A stretch of 64,000 bases of DNA from Octopus vulgaris (GCA_951406725.2 OX597823.1:69254001-69318000); one strand, 5' to 3'. Positions 12,836-26,992 are shown, numbered from the stretch's first letter. The notes: generated by a model not told the origin, from the sequence alone. Numbers and translations are program-made.

Positions 12836-15237
12836 CCCTTTGCAATAAAATACAAAACAAATAAAATATTTTACGCCAACATATTTCCTTCAAAAGAAGA
12901 CATTTTTCGCTAAAATAAAGAAGCAATACTTTAATAAATGAATAAGCAATTTCAAAATATAACTTCTATCTTTTTTCTTTTGCATATCGTCTTACTTGGT
13001 CTTAGGACTTCTCACATCGGTCAATGTATCAAATAATCTCAATTCTAGAAAGGATTTCGATTGTAGTATTTCTCCTCCAATTTCTACTAGTGAAACCTGC
13101 TCAGCTGGCACATAAATATAACGGGTTCAATGCTTGCAGTTCACTTCAGAAAGCACCTGAAACATGCAAAACTGGCATACGCTTCATTAGTTCGCAGTTC
13201 CAAGCTCATATGATCAGTGTGCTAACAAAAGTTCTATCCACCAATATCAGTTCATCGTCGGACAGGTACTTCTTTATTGTTCCCTTAGGTTCAAATTTTG
13301 TTTACAATCAAATTGTGAAAGTCTTGCAGTGTAGTCCTTATATTTTATAAGATATTTATACACCCTAAAGAAGACTGTTTTCCGAACGGTTTAGCATTTT
13401 TCAAATATCAGCACTCGAAGCGTTGCTCTTTCATTTGATGCTAGGGATTTTATGAAAATATTTGTAATTAAATGCAACGAGTTCCTTCCCTTGGTCGGTT
13501 TCAAATGTTTCGTTTCCAAAATTGTTTTATTTTACAATTCACTTCATTACTTTTTAAACACATACACTAATTTACGCAAACAGAGACGTGACGAAGCATG
13601 CAACTCATTTCAAACTGGGATTTACGAATGAAAATATAAAATGAAATTCTCTCTTCTTGACGTCCGTTATGACCGAAGAGCATAGAAGTTCTGTAGTATG
13701 AACCAACAAAATACTATTCAATTTTATGATACTACTACTGCTTACATGATTTTGCCCTTTCAGGCAACATCAGCTAGTAACAAATAGCTTTAGAATTAAG
13801 TGTCTTGCTTATAGACTCACTACTGTAGTGTAAAATAAGAATGTCCCCAGAAAAGCTTTAAAGTGGCATGTTTATTGAGTTAACAGGATGTGGGATAATT
13901 CTCCCCTTGTAAAAGATTTTAGCTTGTTATAGTTTATCTTCTCAGCTGATACCATACCGCTGAGTGAACTGGGATAATGGAGTATGTTGTATTCTACTAA
14001 GAAATCTAAGTCCTCTTGAAGTAGAGTGGATTTTAAAATTCTATCAACAAGTATTTTAATAAAGAATTCACTCAGCTATAAGCATTCTAGTCGTAATCTG
14101 CATGCGAGTATTTGGTTGACTTTTAAGTAGCCTATCACATTATCCTTTTACAGAATCACTATCATTCGAAAATATTTTCATATAAAGTCTTCACCATGAA
14201 AGCTACTTCTTCCGTCCAAGCTCAACAACAATTCACATTTTTGAAATATTCTCTTTTGCTGCATCAATATTCAAAATGATAAGCATCAAGCGTAACACAT
14301 TAAGAGATTTAGACTTACTGTATTTTCCGGTTCTTCAGGCCAAAAACTTACAACAAAAAATGGTAGATAAACTTATACACTAAGACGACTTTAAAGGACC
14401 AAAAGATTCCGTGTGAGATGCAACGGGATTTTGAAAGATTGTGACGATGTTTGAATATTTACGCTATATGTTTATATTGCGTACTATAAGATGGAAAATA
14501 TAGTATATGTTATAATTTCTACCAAATTGCTATCAGTAAAACTTTTTGTTTTAAAAAGGTGAAATATGCTAGAAGTACTCTTGGGTTACAGGCAAAGGAA
14601 GCGTAGCATAAGAATATCAGTTTGTCAGTCTCCAGACAGAAAACTTGTTTGGGAGGTTTACAATAGAGAAAACTTTACTTAAGGCAGTAAAACAGAAAAC
14701 AAAATCTCCTTTAAACGGTTGATTTATTAGCTTCCCAAACATCGTCATCTATACTGGATTTAATCAACCCAAATATATTACTAGTACTTATTAATTAAGC
14801 ACAAGATGAAGAGAAAGTAAAATATTAGAAGTATATTCTTACAAAAATATAAAAAGTAGAAACTACAGTTAAGTAATAGACTCATTAGCATTTCGGCCCT
14901 TCCACGCCATTCCAAGTATATAAATATTGCAAGTATATAAATAAGCTCATATTTTATTAAAGTTTTGTGGTGCCACACCCCACCCCCAAAAACTTACAAT
15001 GAACGTGAATATTGGTTATATTTTCAAAAAAGAAATAGCATAAAAAACATTTGCATAATGGAAACATTTATTGTCTGAGATTATGAATAAAAGATGAAAG
15101 CACACCTTAAAATCTTCATTTGATTGATGAGCCTGAAATATGCTAAGAGATTCTATAGAATCTCTTAACATATGGAATATACTTTTGTTTTATATTTATA
15201 TATATAAATACTGATCACAAGACTCTTATCTGTTAGT

Positions 15238-15283
<46 letters not shown>

Positions 15284-15478
15284 TGTATGTATGTGTGTAT
15301 GTATATATGTATATGATGCAAATTTTGTGATTGTGCAATAGATTTATAGCTCTCTAGGTTGATAATATATCTTAAGACTGCTGCATAATACGTTACGTTA
15401 TGGTCGGCTCATATTTCTGACATCTTCTGACACTTTTCCCATTCCTAGCCTCTTTACACAGCGACAGACACACACAGC

Positions 15479-15541
<63 letters not shown>

Positions 15542-15715
15542 GCACACATGTCTTGACTTGCCTCCTTTAATTTCTTGATAAAGTCGAAGGGGTGCTGTCA
15601 TGATACACGTCGCATTATTTTGTCATTGATTTTAGTTCTAGTGGAAGCTCATGCCACAGTTCTGGCTACAGCTGTCTTTTGTTTTCTGATGTGAGCTAGA
15701 TAGACTTATAGAAAT

Positions 15716-15756
<41 letters not shown>

Positions 15757-16580
15757 CATGTCTTCCATGACTATAAGATTCACATTCTTATAAGAATCAT
15801 CAGATGAGTAACCATGTCGATGCTTGCGCGAACAATGAAATGTGAAACGATAATATAAAATTTTCGATTGTTTCTAGGCATAAAAAAAAAAGTGTTTGTA
15901 AGGGAGCGTAACGCATCACTTATAATTTTTTTTTTGTAGATGAGTTTTCTGCACGTGGTAAACTAGAAAACTGCTACCATTTATTCATCTAGTTGTATCA
16001 TTTTTGAATTTTTATTTTATCGTTAGTGATTCCTTAGAAACTGTCATTTTGTTGTTTAGATCAGATGAATCCTAATAGTGACCATCTTGCCTTTTCGTGT
16101 ATTTATAAATCAACACTATCTAAGGCGAAAGAGTGTGATTTAAGGAAGATTTGGATATATTTCTAACCGGTCTAGAAATAATAACGTTTGGCTGGGTTAG
16201 ATAGGAGATATTTTCTGAATGCATTTCTGCTTCATATTCCATAAAAATGATTAATGATTTTTGTGAGACAACAGTTAAAAGAAGATCGTCTGCTATTAAA
16301 ATTTGTGATAAAATAAATTGATAAATGCTATTGTTAGGAATATAGCTGAAATAAATCAAAGATCTCAGGTTTCAATAGTACACAAAAGTTAATAGTAATT
16401 TTTCACGAATAGAATCTTCTATTGTGAAAAGATGACACGCATGATTGTATGTGTGGTATCTTTTGCCTTAGTTTCGGGTCGACTCAAGTCTTGTGAGTGA
16501 AACTGCGTAGACGGAAACGTTGAGGAAGCCTGTTGGATGGATTGTATCTCTATTAAAAGAAACTTATCACACATTGTGTT

Positions 16581-17307
16581 AATATCTATGCCTTCATAAA
16601 CGTGGATGTTCTATTGGAACAAACTATACTCCGGTGGTTACCATGAAACTCTCATACTAGTTATTTTTGGTGCAAAATGTACTCCTTATATCACTAGCGG
16701 GGAGATAAATCCTCGCTACCTCCAGCACCGAGACACCAGATCAAGTGATTTCGACCTTCCTCCGGTCTTGTCAATGATAGACGCTCGATCGCTAGAAATA
16801 GCAGCGATTCATCTCCCCGCCTGCGATATATAGAATAATAGTGCCAAGCCAGGCGCTGGTGTCAAGATTAGTCACTATGCTTGTTAAAACATATTTATTA
16901 GCAACAGCGTACCGAGAGGGAAAATTTGTGCCCACTTAAACGTGGATGTTCTGTTAGAACAAACTATACTGTAGTAATTACCATGAGAGAATCTCTAATA
17001 CTGGCTTTTTGATGTAAAATGTATTCTTGCATATATCGATAGCGAGGAGATATATCCCCGCTAGCTCCAGCGCCGAGATCACCCGATCAAGTGATTTCGA
17101 CCTTCCTTGGCCTTATCAATGATGGACACTCGGTCGCTAGAGGCAGCAGCGGCTTGTCTCCCCGACAGCGATATGTAGACTGATAGTGGTAGAACAGGAA
17201 CATTTTGCTCCAAAAAGCCAATATGGAGTTTCTTTCATGGTAACCACTGCAGTATACTTTGTTCTTTGTTCTGATAGGAGATCCACGTTTACGTGGGCAT
17301 AGATATT
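16581..17307. mobile_element. Foldback/MITE-like element with ~100-bp TIRs and an internal ~260-bp direct duplication
   Basis: 16581-16682 is the reverse complement of ~17197-17307 (aatatctatgcc...aaacgtggat / atccacgttt...ggcatagatatt); ~16596-16845 is repeated at ~16938-17190. Confidence 0.7.
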
Positions 17308-17745
17308 GTCTTACGATATTAATAGGTTTCTGTCGCCAAAATATATATATCTTGTCACATTGTTGCCCATTAATACTTGCATGTGAATTACGTAAACGCT
17401 CGCTTGTCTATAGAGTAGTTAGTTACCTTACATTCTAAATTAATATGTAAAGAGTTCATTCAATTTTCAATTAATCGTTCGACTGAAATATTCTCATCAT
17501 GGATTAGTAACGCGGAAGTAGATCTTCGACAGCTATTCTTGCTCATGGCTAAATATCATCAACAATTAGTGTTGCCGTTCACTGAAAGTGCATTTAGTTT
17601 CTCACAATGAGAGAGATGAATACAATTATGGAAATATGAGTGAAAAGGAGAACCTAAAGACATGGACATATTAAATATTAACATTAATTTACGAATGCAC
17701 TAACTATACATTTATTAAAACATTTCATACCCTCAAAGTGTGTGC

Positions 17746-17814
<69 letters not shown>

Positions 17815-17815
<1 letters not shown>

Positions 17816-18019
17816 CGGAGATGTACTTGCATAGCAAGTGATTTGATCTGAGATCGTGTGCTGAAACGAAAACAATTGTAGCGTGGAAGGTGTTTGTAAG
17901 CCATTTAAGAAACACACAAAAGCCGTTCGATTCACTTCAACATTTAACTTTAATTTGTCAAAATATTTTCGTCGCTTTAAGACCGCGAGCTGTTCACAGA
18001 CACAAATCCGTGCTGCATC

Positions 18020-18021
<2 letters not shown>
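17815..18021 (-). mobile_element. Short (TA)n-flanked repeat, probable PLE pLTR fragment with a degenerate hammerhead-like fold
   Basis: (TA)n on both sides; minus strand tttgtgtc-tgtgaacag-ctcgc..gcgac-GAAA-atat-TT-tgacaaa. Confidence 0.45.
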
Positions 18022-18091
<70 letters not shown>

Positions 18092-18329
18092 TGTATGTAT
18101 GTATGTATGTATGTATATATATGTGTGTGCGTGTGTGTATAAAAATTATGAGTTAGAGTTTATGCAACCGTCTGAGAGACAAATGTATCCGTAGGCACTA
18201 CTGGTGTATTACCTTCCTATGTATAGGCCGTGCTATAAAGTTAACAGTAGTTGGTAATTTAAAGGTAAAATCGTGGTTTAATATGGTCGGATAAGAAAAA
18301 AAAATGGGACGACTATGACCATCTAATAC

Positions 18330-19190
18330 CAATGATTGATAACTCCTGTGCGACTCTTTCTTATTTCTTTCTTTCTCTCTTCTATTCTATCCTTTTACTT
18401 TTTCGTTTTCTCCTTTCTCTTATTCTTCTACCTCCTCTTCTCCCACTATTCTATCCTTTTATTCTGTCGTTTTCTCTCTTCTATTCTCTTACCTCTTCCA
18501 CTATTCTATTCTTTTGCTCTTTCGTTTTCTCCTTACCTTTCTCTTGTTCTTTTGCCTCCTCTTCTCCCACTATTCTATCCTTTTACACTTTCGTTTTCTA
18601 TCTTCCTTTCTTTTGCCTCCCCTTCTCCCTCTGTCTTTTTTCTCTCTTATCCATGCTCCAAATCTTTTCCTCTCCCCTTCACAGTTCTCTATCCGCCACT
18701 CTCTCTCCCTCCTCTTCCTCCTTTGCTCACGTGACCCCACGGGACCACCGGCTATTCTCGTAACTTGTGTTTCTTTCCTTCTTCCTGTTTCAGCTCGACA
18801 GGGAAGACATTGTTCTCTGTCTCCCGTCCAGGTTTGCTTTTTCGCGTTCGCCACCACAACATCGTTTAGGTTTAGCAGCCCTTCCTGTTTGTTTTCACTC
18901 TCCTGTTTGTGTCACCATCTTGACCCTCCGCAAGATCACAAATTTTATTTTAATTTGCTTTTGGGGAGTAACAGCTTTATCGAAGGCGTATCTTGTCGTG
19001 AATTGCTCGAAATACGGACTAGAAGAAACAGTCGACAACTGATGTAGGGTCGTTCGTTGTGTTGTTTGTCTTCTTTTCCATTTGTTTCGATTGTTGCTTA
19101 CAAAAAAAACCTTATTCCATATCCTCGTACTTCGTATTATTTGTTGTTTATGTTTTGTGACGTTCTGTGCCCATACATGCATAGGTATAT
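18330..19190. repeat. Pyrimidine-rich degenerate tandem block followed by unclassified sequence ending in microsatellite
   Basis: Recurrent cctcttctcccactattctatcctttta (~18434 and ~18558) and ttcgttttct units. Confidence 0.5.
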
Positions 19191-19218
19191 ACGTAGACAT
19201 GTAAGTATGTACGTATAC

Positions 19219-19281
<63 letters not shown>

Positions 19282-19462
19282 TATATATATATATTATTTA
19301 TATTATTATATGCATATATATGTATATATGTATATTTATATGCATATATGCATATATATATATGTATGTATATATGCATATATACATATACATGTATGCA
19401 GATATGTATATATGCATGTATGTATATATATATGTGTGTATATGCATATATATGTGTGTGTG

Positions 19463-19512
<50 letters not shown>

Positions 19513-20104
19513 TATATGTATGTATATGTATATACATATGCGTACACATACACACATACACACCCATATATATAGATTATCGATGCGTGAATATATAAAT
19601 GTTTTGCATTGCATGTTTATGTGTAATATGTACTAAATAGGCGTTTCAACTTGATGTGTATGTTTCTAACCATCATTTTATGTCGTTTTAAGGTCTTGTT
19701 GGATGATTTCATGGATCAGAACATGACCATTATAATCCGATTCAGTTCCAGAAGGATAGTATAGTAGAATGTTATGAGTTTATAATCGTTTGATGTTTAT
19801 GTTGCTTTTCATTTCTAAAGTATTGGTAAGGTTATCAGTAATATGCGGAGATCGATTGACATAATGGTAACTCCTCTTTAAAACTTAGCCTTGTGTCTAA
19901 TGTTGACAAACTAATATTTTTATAATTCTTGTAGTTACTACTTTATATTTCATGAATACTTCTAATATAAATATTCGAATAGCTTATACATAATTGCTTT
20001 GCAACGGCACCATAATATCAGGTAAAGTACGATGTAATAGACTGACGTTTTATGGGAAATTAATGCTATAGATCCCAAAGGATTCCTAAGAATAATTGAA
20101 GATA

Positions 20105-20318
20105 TTGATTTCAAATTTTAGCACAGGGCTTGCAATTTCCCGGAAGGGGCTACATCGATTTGATCGACCCCAGCACTCAACTGGTACTTAATTTATCGAC
20201 CCCGGGAGAATGAAAGGCAAAGTCGACCACGGCGGAATTTGAACTCAGAACGCAATGTCAGACGAAATGACTCTAAACATTTTGCTCAGCGTGCTAACGA
20301 TTCTGCTAGCTCACCGCC
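20105..20318 (-). mobile_element. Meta-domain-like tRNA SINE
   Basis: Reverse strand: ggcggtgagctagcagaatcgttagcacgc...gagttcaaattccgccgtggtcgactttgcctttcattc..gggtcgataaattaagtaccag. Confidence 0.85.
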
Positions 20319-21373
20319 TTAAGAATGCTTAAAGATATTACATTCACTGTACGGAATCCTCTGTGATTTTCACATGGAGTCGTATTTCACTTTCTTCAAG
20401 CTAATGTTTTACAGTATAGTGTAGTTTTGTAATCAAAGACGTACCTTTTTCTAATTGATGGCATAAAAGACACAAGGACATTTTAAGCGCTCCATTATGT
20501 CAGCAGTACATATTCAGGAAAAATTACATGCATAAATGCATGTGATATAGGCCCAACTTTGCACACAAAACTCGGAGTGATTTTTAGTCCATTTTAGAGG
20601 GAAAAAGTGCGTCTTATATGACATCGAATACCTTGTATCACACAATTTGCAATTCAGCGAGTTTTCTTATGAGTAGATGAAGGTTGTCGCAACTGGAAGC
20701 AATATAATTAACAAATATATGCTAATTTTAGGTTTTCAGATCATTAAAATAACATTGGCACTAAAAACGTAGACTTTTTTCTTTTTAAATTTACACGTCG
20801 AAATCTTATCAATAATAGTATTCTGGTACTGTCTGAATATATCAAATCATTAAAATAAACTTTATATCAACATTGGCTTGGCATACACAGACGAAAATAT
20901 AGGATTCGTGTAAAAACTAAAAACAGTAAAAAATAAATCTTCTGAAGTAATTTATTTTATAATTTTTTTTTCGAAACAACTGCGAGTGTATGTAAACAGA
21001 TGATAGACGAAGTGCCAATGACAAACACTAGACTTGCGTTCACTGAAAAATATCAGCATTTGTGAATGAAAACTGTTACAGGAAGTTTAAAATAGACATC
21101 TAGGCTTTGATATTGATTGAAACTATTACTGAAATTCTAAAATAGAACTTGGTGTTTACGCATTGATCGAAACTTACACAGAAATATTAAAATAGATTTT
21201 AGTAATTGCATATTGACTAAAAGTACTGCTTGAGACAGACCGGAAGAAGAGTTGAAGTTTGCACATTTTGCTATGATATACAAACAAATGTTATTATAGA
21301 TGATGTTCCGATTTCATAGCTGCAATTAAAAATCTCTTTTGCTAAATTGAAATAGGAAACATTTTTAAAACTA

Positions 21374-21530
<157 letters not shown>

Positions 21531-21545
21531 AGTATATATATATAA

Positions 21546-21596
<51 letters not shown>

Positions 21597-21600
<4 letters not shown>

Positions 21601-21722
21601 GGTCCCGGGTTGAGTCGGGGTTAACCACAGTAAATAAGGTACTCAATACATAGCAGAGTAAATTAATTTATTTTATAGAAGGAGCTTCTACAGGACTAGA
21701 ACTTTTTCATTCAAAAGAAATC
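21597..21722 (-). mobile_element. 5'-truncated 3' end of the same PLE-like family as 24033-27430, broken inside the hammerhead
   Basis: Near-identical to 24033-24159 (gtaggtcccgggttga.tcggggttaaccacag...ggagcttctacaggactag); flanked by (TA)n; lacks most of the CTGAAGA core and the 5' strand of stem I. Confidence 0.8.
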
Positions 21723-21731
21723 ATATATATA

Positions 21732-21898
21732 ATATATTAAATTAGAGACAAAACCACTATTAGGCAAATCAATTGTTTGATTTGCCTAATAGTGGTTTTG
21801 TCTCTAATTTAATATAATATAATATTTTACAATAAAATTGGATTCAATCCTAAATCTGATTTTTCCCTGTAAGTTTGGATTTATTCCCTAATACTTAT

Positions 21899-21901
<3 letters not shown>
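21732..21901 (+). mobile_element. Short (TA)n-embedded element: perfect ~41-bp hairpin plus ~85-nt 3' tail (PLE-type inverted 5' end)
   Basis: atatattaaattagagacaaaaccactattaggcaaatcaa / ttgatttgcctaatagtggttttgtctctaatttaatatat; ends ccctaatacttattac then (TA)n. Confidence 0.6.
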
Positions 21902-21944
<43 letters not shown>

Positions 21945-21988
21945 CATACATACATATACATACATACATACATACATACATACATACA

Positions 21989-22020
<32 letters not shown>

Positions 22021-22021
<1 letters not shown>

Positions 22022-22302
22022 GCCCTGCTACAAAAGAAGAAATTGGCATAACGTGGAAGTAGATGTCTTCAAAAAAGGAATTAGACATCCTCCTCTCCAC
22101 AATACCGGATGAACCAACAGCCCGACATGAGATACAGATGAGGGCAGTGGACTCAAACTCAATTATACATTAAATGTACCAACAGCTGGAAAAAAGGCAT
22201 ATACAGGAGTGGTGATGTGAAGCACCCAGACTGAGGAAGTAATAAAAACCATGGTGGTGCTCCAGCATGACCAGATCCGAATGGCTGAAACGAGAAATAG
22301 AG
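22021..22302 (+). mobile_element. CR1/L2-group LINE 3' fragment
   Basis: Frameshifted translation [40 protein letters not shown] resembles the CR1-group ORF2 C-terminus; 3' UTR follows. Confidence 0.6.
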
Positions 22303-22690
22303 TATATATATATCTATACATATAAATTTGACATAGGCGATTCTTTCTTGATTTGGGATTCACGGTCAAAAGGCTGGGTGAAATTGTGCAAAAATCTATA
22401 CGTATGGGTAGATTGATCCGGTGGTGATGATGGGCGTTGTATTTTTTCATAGCTTTCATGGTTACCGAGATAATCTACTATAATCATAATCTTGTGTTTA
22501 TGAATAAGAAAGGAAGGGGTGATACATGAATATGGAAGAATGGGGTGATGTCATACTTGATAGTGTGATGATGAAAATTTTACGCTGAAAGAAATAAATG
22601 AAACAGCGTTTAAAATCTGTGTGAATATGGGTGTGTATGTAAAAGGGGAGTATGTGAATGTGTGTGTGTGCGTGTGTGTGTGTGAGTGTC

Positions 22691-22753
<63 letters not shown>

Positions 22754-22824
22754 GTAAGCTCACTAGAAGTGGGATGGTTGGGGTATGTGAATGTGTGTGT
22801 TTATGTTTGTGTATGCAAGCGGAA

Positions 22825-23976
22825 TACCTATGACATTTGTAATGTGAAGTCCTTTCATGGATCGGAATGCTGGAAAGACTACAGTCTGGTGCGAGCAAAG
22901 TTCTGGATGATGATTAAAGTGAATGAGAGGATCAGATGGCATTCCTCGGCGTATGAATGTCCACAAGATATATGATGCTGTGTTGAAGAAAGAGTTTCAG
23001 ACTCGCTTGTCTGGTACTAAAAACACTACAGTATGGGAAGATTTTCGAGACCAGGTTCTTCAAGGTGCTGCTGAAACACTGGGATAAGCTACTGCCAGAC
23101 ACAGAGACTGGTTTGATGAAGATGATGCTGAAGTTTAGCGACTATTGGTTGTAAAGCACCATGCACACAATATATTGCTGCACACAGAACTTTCAGCCGT
23201 GCAATGAAATCTAGCACTTGCCCATTATAGTAGTGTAAAATCACTACTGCAGAGATCTCGCAGGAAGATGCAGAACACTTGGTGGGAGGATCTTGCTCGT
23301 GATATTTAGGCTGCTTTTGATGCAAATTATGAAGCAAATTTATGGGCCTAAGAGCTCTACATCAGCTCCTTTGCTTTCCAAGGAATTTTCTACTCTATAT
23401 ACTAAATCAACAGAAATCACAGGTCACTGGATTGAACACTTCTCTGAACTCCTGAACCATGAGTCATTTGTGAATGAAACAGTGATTGGTACTATGCAAC
23501 AAAAACCTGTCATTGGTTCCTTAAATTCCACGGCCTCAATAGATAAGTTAATGACAGCAATAAGTAAATTGAATCTTGATAAAGTACCTGGAAAGGATGG
23601 AATTTGTGCTGAGGTCTTGCGATTTGGTGGTGATTTTATCATTGTCTCTTCATGAACTTATTAGTGTAGTCTGGAGGGATGCTGCAATGCCTAAGGATTG
23701 GAAAGATGCAATTATTCTTCCTCTCTATAAAGGAAAAGGAGCCAGAATAATGTGTGGTAACTACAGAGGTATTGCCCTATTATCAGCTGCTGGCAAGGTT
23801 CTGACAAATATTATTCTTACCCGCTTGAATGGGGTTCTCGTAAATGATGTCCTATCTGAATTTTAATGTGGCTTCCGATCTGGTAGAGTGACAATATATA
23901 TGATTTTCACAGCAAGACAGATGCAGGAGAAATGCTCTGGGCAGAATATGGATCTTGACCAGGTATTCATTGATTT
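22825..23976 (+). pseudogene. RTE-clade (BovB-like) LINE fragment: end of APE endonuclease to start of RT, with stops and frameshifts
   Basis: ECWKDYSLVRAK; YGPKSSTSAPLLSK; WIEHFSELLN; KVPGKDGICAEV; PKDWKDAIILPLYKGKG..CGNYRGIALLSAAGKVL; CGFRSGR..MIFTARQMQEKC..VFIDL, then truncated by (TA)n. Confidence 0.9.
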
Positions 23977-23977
23977 G

Positions 23978-24036
<59 letters not shown>

Positions 24037-24119
24037 GGTCCCGGGTTGATTCGGGGTTAACCACAGTAAGTAAGGTACTCAATACATAGCAGAGTAAAAT
24101 TAATTTATTATATAGAAGG

Positions 24120-24170
24120 AGCTTCTACAGGACTAGTACTGTTTCATTCAAGAGAAATCTTCAGGAAGCT
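24120..24170 (-). ncRNA. Type I hammerhead ribozyme motif
   Basis: Reverse strand: agcttc-CTGAAGA-tttc tctt gaat-GAAA-cagtactagtcctg-TA-gaagct. Confidence 0.85.
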
Positions 24171-24516
24171 ATTTAACAAGAATTGTATTAGCATTTATAC
24201 ATTTAGGCAGGTTTAAAGGAGTGGTGGTGGGGGACTTTTTTGGGGGTAGGCATAGCGCAAAATATCATACTTGGGGGAGTGGTCAAGGAGTCAGTGGTAA
24301 GTTAGATGAAAGAATAGATAAATAAAAAAAATAATAATAAAATAAAAAAATAAAAAATAAAAAAATAAAAAAATAAAAAACTATAAAAAATATAAAAAAT
24401 ATATATATAAAAAAATATATATATATAAAAAAAGGGGGGATAGAGTTATAGGTAAATAAGGAGATTCTCACTTATACCTATACACACATGTATACGTATC
24501 TACACACATATATATA

Positions 24517-24560
<44 letters not shown>

Positions 24561-24866
24561 TATATACACATATACATACATATCTACATACACACATACA
24601 TACACCCGCCCACATATACAAATTTATACACATGCACATGCATATACCTGTCTACACATACACACACGTATATATGCATACACTCACTCCCATGCATGCA
24701 CGCATACACACATGTATATATATACACACGACCACACATACATATATACACAGAAAAATATATATTCACCGCACATACACTCATGCACACACAACACACC
24801 TAGTTCCCTATATACACATATTTACACCTATATATACATACACCCACATACACATATGTACATATA

Positions 24867-24902
<36 letters not shown>

Positions 24903-25007
24903 CATATACACGCATACATATATATACATGTGTGCACATACATACATATACACATATACGTACACACACACATACACATGTGGACCTATACATACCTACA
25001 CATACAC

Positions 25008-25060
<53 letters not shown>

Positions 25061-25451
25061 CCAATACAGGCCCATTCCCTAATTTTAATTTTATTATCTT
25101 CATTTATTACTTTTGTTATCTTTGATCGCTAGAGCTAAGGATCCTGGCTATGGCAGCATGTCCATTTGTCTGTCTACTAGAAGGCAAGTACTCATTCCCG
25201 CACGCACACTCATTAGCACGTACATTCACCCATTCGTACACTCATACACATACACGTACGCACGCGTTATATTCATACATACAAACATCTACATACGTTC
25301 ACGTATATACACATACGTACTCGTACCTACAGATTCGTGTCTACACTTTAGGAGGCTAGTCTATACATATACACCAATAAATATACATATATATATATAT
25401 ACACATATACATACACACACACACATATACTCCTACATACAGATACATACC

Positions 25452-25505
<54 letters not shown>

Positions 25506-25779
25506 CATACACACACACACATATATATACACACACATACATACACATATATATACATACACAAACATATATGCACACATATATATATATATATACACAC
25601 ATACACACACATACATACATATACACACAAACACATACATACGTATACATACATACATACATCCATACATCCATACTTACATGCATTTATACGCATATGG
25701 ATGGAGATATATATATATGAGATGGAGATATATATATATATTTATACGCATATGGATGGAGATATATATATATGAGATG

Positions 25780-25820
<41 letters not shown>

Positions 25821-26021
25821 GGGGGTGTGTGTATGCGTATAAATGCATGTAAGTATGGATGTATGGATGTATGTATGTATGTATACGTATGTATGTGTTT
25901 GTGTGTATATGTATGTATGTGTGTGTATGTGTGTATATATATATATATGTGTGCATATATTTTTGTGTATGTATATATATGTGTATGTATGTGTGTGTAT
26001 ATATATGTGTGTGTGTGTATG

Positions 26022-26073
<52 letters not shown>

Positions 26074-26464
26074 GGTATGTATCTGTATGTAGGAGTATAT
26101 GTGTGTGTGTGTATGTATATGTGTATATATATATATATGTATATTTATTGGTGTATATGTATAGACTAGCCTCCTAAAGTGTAGACACGAATCTGTAGGT
26201 ACGAGTACGTATGTGTATATACGTGAACGTATGTAGATGTTTGTATGTATGAATATAACGCGTGCGTACGTGTATGTGTATGAGTGTACGAATGGGTGAA
26301 TGTACGTGCTAATGAGTGTGCGTGCGGGAATGAGTACTTGCCTTCTAGTAGACAGACAAATGGACATGCTGCCATAGCCAGGATCCTTAGCTCTAGCGAT
26401 CAAAGATAACAAAAGTAATAAATGAAGATAATAAAATTAAAATTAGGGAATGGGCCTGTATTGG

Positions 26465-26509
<45 letters not shown>

Positions 26510-26614
26510 GTGTATGTGTAGGTATGTATAGGTACACATGTGTATGTGTGTGTGTATGTATATGTGTATATGTATGTATGTGCACACATGTATATATATG
26601 TATGCGTGTATATG

Positions 26615-26650
<36 letters not shown>

Positions 26651-26957
26651 TATATGTACATATGTGTATGTGGGTGTATGTATATATAGGTGTAAATATG
26701 TGTATATAGGGAACTAGGTGTGTTGTGTGTGCATGAGTGTATGTGCGTATGAATATATATTTTTCTGTGTATATATGTATGTGTGGTCGTGTGTATATAT
26801 ATACATGTGTGTATGCGTGCATGCATGGGAGTGAGTGTATGCATATATACGTGTGTGTATGTGTAGACAGGTATATGCATGTGCATGTGTATAAATTTGT
26901 ATATGTGGGCGGGTGTATGTATGTGTGTAGGTAGATATGTATGTATATGTGTATATA

Positions 26958-26992
<35 letters not shown>

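Noticed and set aside
15765-15805. CTGATGA followed by a hairpin on the minus strand
   Set aside because: No GAAA, stem III or stem I; not a hammerhead
19025-19060. gaaacagtcgacaactgatgtaggg, hammerhead-like words
   Set aside because: Stems cannot be closed and the core is altered
20580-20635. Pogo/Tc1-like TIR fragment (tgcgtcttatatgacatcgaatac)
   Set aside because: No matching second end found
25113-26412. Paired 220/241-aa ORFs starting [12 protein letters not shown]
   Set aside because: Mirror products of the palindrome, TTG start, mostly microsatellite; no recognisable domain
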